A stretch of DNA of 32,000 bases from Pseudidiomarina andamanensis (GTDB lineage: Bacteria > Pseudomonadota > Gammaproteobacteria > Enterobacterales > Alteromonadaceae). Shown here one piece after another: positions 27,262 through 32,000 of the stretch; the first letter of the stretch is position 1; every line of letters begins with the position of its first letter. Where the stretch lies: contig NZ_CP032551.1 of NCBI RefSeq assembly GCF_009734345.1, forward strand, positions 1,590,001 through 1,622,000. The letters run 5' to 3'. The notes under the pieces were generated by a model that worked only from the letters and a program-made list of their open reading frames with translations, did not search any database and was not told where the DNA came from. Made by a program: the position numbers and the translations under genes.

Positions 27262-27846
27262 CTAACGCGCAACAACGTTCAAAGCGATATCGTCTGGAGC
27301 GACAAGCAACGGTGTTAACGCCTCGACTTGGCTATTTAGCCAAAATTCGACTTCATTCGGGCGAATGAGCAACGGCATGCGATGGTGATACGCTGCGCAT
27401 TGTTCGGTTGGCGCTGTCGTTAGTGTGACCAGCTGTGCGCGCGAGTCGACATGGGGGAAATAAATGCCAGCCATATACAATGGCTGACCGTTCGCTTCGC
27501 TAAATAAGTACTTGGTTTTGCGCGTTTGCCCTTCTTGCTGTTGCCATTCATACCAGCCACTACACGGCACCACACAACGATGCTGCTTAAACGCCAATTG
27601 AAAGGTGCGTTTGGTTGCAACCGTCTCGGCCTGTGCGTTAATGAGAATTCGGTTTGCCCAACTCGGTTGAATACCCCACTCCATGCTGAGCTGATGCAAC
27701 AAATCGTGACGCTGGGTTGTGGTGATCACTTCCACCTGCTGGGTAGGTCGCAAATCTTGATTGGTTGGCGCATGAAATTTCAGACCGAGCTGTTCAGTTA
27801 CCAGCTGGCATAAAGGGTCAGTGACAACATTGAGCCTTCCACACAT
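27262..27846 (-). CDS. SOS response-associated peptidase (SRAP/YedK family, abasic-site DNA-protein crosslinking)
   Basis: 194-aa ORF starting MCGR (catalytic Cys2). Also INAQAETVATKRTF, CVVPCSGWYEW and HHRMPLLI. Confidence 0.9.
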   Translation of the reverse strand: MCGRLNVVTDPLCQLVTEQLGLKFHAPTNQDLRPTQQVEVITTTQRHDLLHQLSMEWGIQPSWANRILINAQAETVATKRTFQLAFKQHRCVVPCSGWYEWQQQEGQTRKTKYLFSEANGQPLYMAGIYFPHVDSRAQLVTLTTAPTEQCAAYHHRMPLLIRPNEVEFWLNSQVEALTPLLVAPDDIALNVVAR

Positions 27847-27874
27847 AGAAGCCTCCGTTTCAAATGAACGAAAA

Positions 27875-27914
27875 AGCCGTTCAGTTGCGCCAAAATTGAT
27901 ACAACTGAACGGCT
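27875..27914. terminator. Bidirectional intrinsic terminator downstream of the DUF885 gene
   Basis: AAAA-AGCCGTTCAGTTG-(14 nt)-CAACTGAACGGCT-gTTTT, a 13-bp perfect stem. Confidence 0.65.
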
Positions 27915-27960
27915 GTTTTGATTGCGAAACTAGGAACTAATACCTTTTACGAAAGTAATA

Positions 27961-29838
27961 TTAGCTGGTGTTCTTAGTCTCGCGAATGTAGTCATCCACA
28001 AACTGCTCAAGAATATTGAGCGGTAAAGGACCATTCGCCAAAATCACATCATGGAATTCACGAATATCGAAATCTTCGCCGAGCTCAGTTTTTGCTTTCT
28101 CGCGCAGCTCAAGAATCTTCAACATACCGATTTTGTAAGCCGTTGCTTGGCTTGGCATCACAATATGACGCTCAACCATTTTACGCGCGTCAGCTTCAGC
28201 GTTTGGCGTATTGGTAACATAAAAATCGATGGCTTCTTCACGGGTCCATTTCTTCGCATGAATACCAGTATCAACGACCAAACGAACCGCGCGCCATAGC
28301 TCCATCGCTAAACGGCCAAAATCTGAGTATGGGTCTTTGTAAAAGCCATATTCTTTTGGCAATAACTCGGTGTACAAGCCCCAGCCTTCGCTGTACGCGG
28401 TGTAACGACCGAACTTACGGAACGACGGAATGCCCTCAAGCTCTTGCTGAATTGCAATTTGCATGTGGTGGCCAGGAATACCTTCGTGGTAGGCCAGTGC
28501 TTCCATTTGGTAGGTTGGCATTGACGCCATGTCGTACAAGTTTGCGTAGTAAACGCCTGGACGTGTGCCATCCATGGACGGTTGCTGATAAAACGCTTTA
28601 CCGGCTGATTTCTCACGGAACGGTTCAACTGCTTTGACAATCATGTCGGCTTTTGGCTTGGTGATAAACAACTCATCCAAAAACTCACGCATCGTATCGA
28701 TAAGCGCCGTCGCTTCTTCTAAGTAACGCTGACGACCTTCTTCGGTATCAGGGTAGATAAAGTCTTGGTTATTACGCATGTGTACAAAGAACTCTTGCAG
28801 CGTACCTTCAAACCCGACTTTCTCCATAATCACACGCATTTCGTTGTGAATGCGCTCTACTTCGCTTAGACCAATTTGATGAATTTCTTCAGCGGTTAAG
28901 TCCGTGGTTGTCGTACGTTTTAATGCGTTGTTGTAGAACGCTTCACCATCAGGGAATTTCCACGCACCATCTTTGGTATCAGCTTGTGCGGCGATGTCTT
29001 CAACCGTCGCAATCAAACTTTCATAAGCTGGTTTCACCGATTCCACCAGCGCTTTTTCAGCTGCGCTGGTTAGCTCTTGATATTGGCTTTCTTCAATATC
29101 AAGGTTACCTACTTTCTTGGTGAAATCTTCGAGCAACACGCTTGGCTCACCGTCTTCAAATGGTGCGCCTGAAATAATATTCTGGCTGTCGCTGATCACG
29201 TACGGATACACAAACTTTGGCGCAATAATTCCTTTTTCAGCGCGCAAACGAAGGTTCTCTTCAAGTTGCTCAAACAATGCTGGTAAGCCGTTCAAACGCG
29301 CAATGTAGTCTTGGGCATCGTCCACTTCTTGAATGCGGTGCTGGTTGATTAGCATCGACACCACGCTTGAGTGCATGCCGAACATTTGATTCACAGGGTA
29401 GTTGTAATGACGCCATTTGTAGTCCGCAATATCTTCTTCTAAGCCCTGCTTCATCAGCATCAAACTGATTTTGGTTTGCTCGTCGAGCTTCGTTTCGTCA
29501 ATTGCATTCACTTTCGCAAGTTGTTCTTTTTTCAGCGCGAGCTCTTCTTCAGACGCCTGCTCAGAAATGTCATCCCACTTATCTTGGTCTTGCTTAATAC
29601 CCAAGTACGACTGGTACATTGGGCTGCGCATAACATTTTCCATGAAAATGTCTTCGAACAGCTTGTTGGCTTTTTCAGATTCGGCTTGAATTTCCGCTTC
29701 GGTCACCGCAGCGGTGTTTGCCGCTTGGGTTTCTGCTACAGGCGCTGTTGCTTCAGGTTTCTGCGCATCAGAACATGCCGCTGCGCTTAGCGCCAGCGTC
29801 ACCGCTAAGGCTAAGTGCTTCATTTTTAAATCAGACAT
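27961..29838 (-). CDS. DUF885-family lipoprotein (metallopeptidase-like)
   Basis: 625-aa ORF with lipobox LSAAAC. Conserved DUF885-type block EALAYHEGIPGHHMQ and YSEGWGLY. Confidence 0.85.
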   Translation of the reverse strand: MSDLKMKHLALAVTLALSAAACSDAQKPEATAPVAETQAANTAAVTEAEIQAESEKANKLFEDIFMENVMRSPMYQSYLGIKQDQDKWDDISEQASEEELALKKEQLAKVNAIDETKLDEQTKISLMLMKQGLEEDIADYKWRHYNYPVNQMFGMHSSVVSMLINQHRIQEVDDAQDYIARLNGLPALFEQLEENLRLRAEKGIIAPKFVYPYVISDSQNIISGAPFEDGEPSVLLEDFTKKVGNLDIEESQYQELTSAAEKALVESVKPAYESLIATVEDIAAQADTKDGAWKFPDGEAFYNNALKRTTTTDLTAEEIHQIGLSEVERIHNEMRVIMEKVGFEGTLQEFFVHMRNNQDFIYPDTEEGRQRYLEEATALIDTMREFLDELFITKPKADMIVKAVEPFREKSAGKAFYQQPSMDGTRPGVYYANLYDMASMPTYQMEALAYHEGIPGHHMQIAIQQELEGIPSFRKFGRYTAYSEGWGLYTELLPKEYGFYKDPYSDFGRLAMELWRAVRLVVDTGIHAKKWTREEAIDFYVTNTPNAEADARKMVERHIVMPSQATAYKIGMLKILELREKAKTELGEDFDIREFHDVILANGPLPLNILEQFVDDYIRETKNTS

Positions 29839-29947
29839 CGGTTGTCTCCTTATTGTTATATTGGCCTTAGCTTAGCACCATACTGACTAGGCGGTCTATT
29901 TACGCGCCAGCGCTTGGGGTGAATCGCCGCCACTCTGCGGCAAGGTG

Positions 29948-30664
29948 TTAACAGCCGCTGGAACTTGATGTTGAAGCGGTTGTTGCAGCGAGCATCGCGG
30001 GTAACATGACGGCAACCATTACCGCGGCTTGCACCGCATCAATCACATCTTGCGTTAGAGCGCCGAGTTCTTCGCCCTTAGCAATTTGTTCAATGCGCTT
30101 TTTGTGGGTTTTCAGCTCTTCTTTACTAAAAACATCTTTGAGTAGGTAGGCACTTTTCGCGAGCGCCACCATCAGCGCTACGCGTGGGTCAATTTCTAAT
30201 GGCTTATCCAGCACCAACCGGCGCATCTCGTGACGTAAATGACGTTCGGGTTCAGGGTTCACTTCGGGATAGATTTTCTGGGTAAAAATCCACAGCACTT
30301 TCTTTTCATCGCTTTTGATAATGCCATCAGCCACCAATTGCTCAGCAACTTTGTGCTTCAATTTGGAAATGTTGGCGATGGACATAACCCAGTTTTTCAG
30401 GGTATCCGGACGCTTCTTGTCTGCAATTTTCTGCAGCACTTCATCCATAACTTGGTCACCCGTTGGCGAAGCATCAAGCACCTCAATTTTGTCTTTATTG
30501 TCAGCGTTCACCTGAATACGTTTGGCTAACAACAACTCAGCCAGCACGGCCGCCGCCACTGTGTACTCAATGTACCAACCTTCTGACGTACCCTTTTCGT
30601 CGTGCAAGGACAGCAGCACAAGGCCTTCGTAGAGTTTTACTTGAAGTTCGTTAGTGTGATGCAT
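29948..30664 (-). CDS. GPP34/GOLPH3-like family protein
   Basis: 238-aa ORF. Pattern LYEGLVLLSLHDEKGT...AAAVLAELLLAKRI...LDASPTGDQVMDEVLQKI...NWV...LVADGII...IDPRVALMVALAKSAYLL matches the GPP34 (PF05719-type) layout. Hydrophobic and Ser-rich tail ending SSSSGC. Confidence 0.7.
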   Translation of the reverse strand: MHHTNELQVKLYEGLVLLSLHDEKGTSEGWYIEYTVAAAVLAELLLAKRIQVNADNKDKIEVLDASPTGDQVMDEVLQKIADKKRPDTLKNWVMSIANISKLKHKVAEQLVADGIIKSDEKKVLWIFTQKIYPEVNPEPERHLRHEMRRLVLDKPLEIDPRVALMVALAKSAYLLKDVFSKEELKTHKKRIEQIAKGEELGALTQDVIDAVQAAVMVAVMLPAMLAATTASTSSSSGC

Positions 30665-30835
30665 GCGTCACCTTTTTATTGATGTTGTTTTAACCATCAT
30701 AGGGAGGTTGGTGCGAATGCTCAATTTTAGTGTGTAAGTTTTTGTATCAACGAGAGCGAAGTGAATGAATCACTATTATTCGGCTCACACAATGAGCCGA
30801 AAACTGAAGTGAATCGGCTCATTGCTTCGTTCACG

Positions 30836-31270
30836 TTACATCCGATAACCATGATGGTTTGCTAGGTCAGCAAACACTTTGGTCAATCCTGACCAGAAAG
30901 ATGAATGCGAGCTATTTTCAGTTTTTGGCTCAGTGACGCACTCTCGGCATAACACCACATCAGAATGACCAGGCACCCGCAAACGAACTGGTAATTCACA
31001 ATCGCGTGCGGCACTCATTCCGAATTGACGACTGAACAAACCGCCATTGCGTTCCAATGCTGAAAGTAAACGCTTACTTAATGGCAAACATGATGCTGGT
31101 CGGCTAGCAACATTCGCTACCGACGATGAGTAAACCGCTAAGCGCGAATCATCGGCTAATTCGAACTCAGCACAGGCTGCGCTTTGTGACACCAACGGCA
31201 AACGAAGTTGGTCTTGAATATAGTGGATGCTTTCAGATAACTGACGAACAATAAGTGAATAGGTTTTCAT
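30836..31270 (-). CDS. Hypothetical protein with a CxxC motif
   Basis: The track gives a GTG start at 31279. ATG at 31270 has GGAG 8 nt upstream (144 aa). Five Cys including CRECV. I recognise no family. Divergent from a LysR gene. Confidence 0.5.
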   Translation of the reverse strand: MKTYSLIVRQLSESIHYIQDQLRLPLVSQSAACAEFELADDSRLAVYSSSVANVASRPASCLPLSKRLLSALERNGGLFSRQFGMSAARDCELPVRLRVPGHSDVVLCRECVTEPKTENSSHSSFWSGLTKVFADLANHHGYRM

Positions 31271-31400
31271 GGCTGACACTCCAAAACGTTAGGTTGTATT
31301 CGATGTAAGGAGTATACTGTTTCCAAAATAAATGATTAGATAGCAGAAATTAAATTCGTTGTTTCTTTTAGGAAACAATAGATAGTTAAAGGGACTTCTC

Positions 31401-32000
31401 ATGCTGAACCGCTTAGCCGATATGGCCATTTACGCCACCGTAGTTGAGCAACAATCGTTTACTGCCGCAGCTGAGCGCCTTGGCATTTCCAAAGGTGCTG
31501 TGAGTAAAGCGATTAAGAAACTTGAGCAGGAGCTGAATTTAAGACTCTTGCAACGCACCACACGAACCATGGCAGTGACTATTGAAGGCCGCGCGTTTTA
31601 CGAATACTGCCGTGAAATGATGAGCCAGGTTGAAGCCGCCGAGCAGCACTTGGGAAGCTTCCGCAATACACCAAGCGGCTTAATTCGCATCACCGCGCCG
31701 GTAACCTTTGGCAGTGTACAAATCGCCCCATTAATTCCTGAGCTCCTTCAGCAATACCCTGATATCAACATCGACCTATTGCTTGACGACAAACGCGTCG
31801 ATCTCGTCACACAACAGGTGGATATTGCGATTCGCTGTGGTCGACTGGAGAGCTCTTCGTTGATTGCCAAGCGTTTAAATGACTTACCGTTGGTGGTGGT
31901 CGCTACGCCAGAATTTTTAGAAAAGCATGGCGCGCCAGCACACCCGCAAGAACTAACAAACTTTCCCTGTTTGAGTCACAGCTCGCATGTGGTGGATAGG
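31401..32000 (+). CDS. LysR-family transcriptional regulator; 3' end beyond the window
   Basis: Manual translation from ATG 31401 gives MLNRLADMAIYATVVEQQSFTAAAERLGISKGAVSKAIKKLEQELNLRLLQRTTR...IRITAPVTFG..., which stays open to base 32000. Absent from the track because there is no stop in the window. Confidence 0.9.
   Translation, partial: MLNRLADMAIYATVVEQQSFTAAAERLGISKGAVSKAIKKLEQELNLRLLQRTTRTMAVTIEGRAFYEYCREMMSQVEAAEQHLGSFRNTPSGLIRITAPVTFGSVQIAPLIPELLQQYPDINIDLLLDDKRVDLVTQQVDIAIRCGRLESSSLIAKRLNDLPLVVVATPEFLEKHGAPAHPQELTNFPCLSHSSHVVDR

Overview
Densely coded chromosomal DNA that looks gammaproteobacterial. The gene content resembles a marine Alteromonadales or Idiomarina-type organism, but that is a low-confidence guess. 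I support 27 intact protein-coding genes (two cut by the window edges) plus one frameshifted pseudogene. I saw no rRNA, tRNA, CRISPR array, transposase, integrase or prophage genes. Left to right: a partial TonB-dependent siderophore receptor; a doxX-LysR pair; a periplasmic-sensor diguanylate cyclase; a signal-peptide-bearing catalase-peroxidase KatG; a lipoprotein class-I cytochrome c coupled to a membrane NERD-domain protein; upp; an unannotatable three-gene envelope operon (10020-13250); a second diguanylate cyclase; a GNAT acetyltransferase; an NPP-type phosphodiesterase; a dabB-dabA (DUF2309 plus NuoL-like) inorganic-carbon pump operon with a divergent NhaR-like LysR regulator; an S9 peptidase; a YgiD-type extradiol dioxygenase; ppiC; a MerR-containing three-gene operon; a frameshifted VOC/glyoxalase gene; DUF1653, YaiI and SRAP genes; a DUF885 lipoprotein; a bacterial GPP34/GOLPH3-like protein; an orphan CxxC protein; and a partial LysR regulator. 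The best candidate for an undescribed system is the translationally coupled operon at 10020-13250. It encodes a secreted chymotrypsin-fold serine protease with three 110-aa C-terminal repeats, a secreted four-cysteine protein, and a doubly anchored membrane protein. It sits in a patch of lower G+C. The dabBA/LysR locus is the most interesting system that already has a family assignment. All family calls rest on motif recognition by eye, with no database search.
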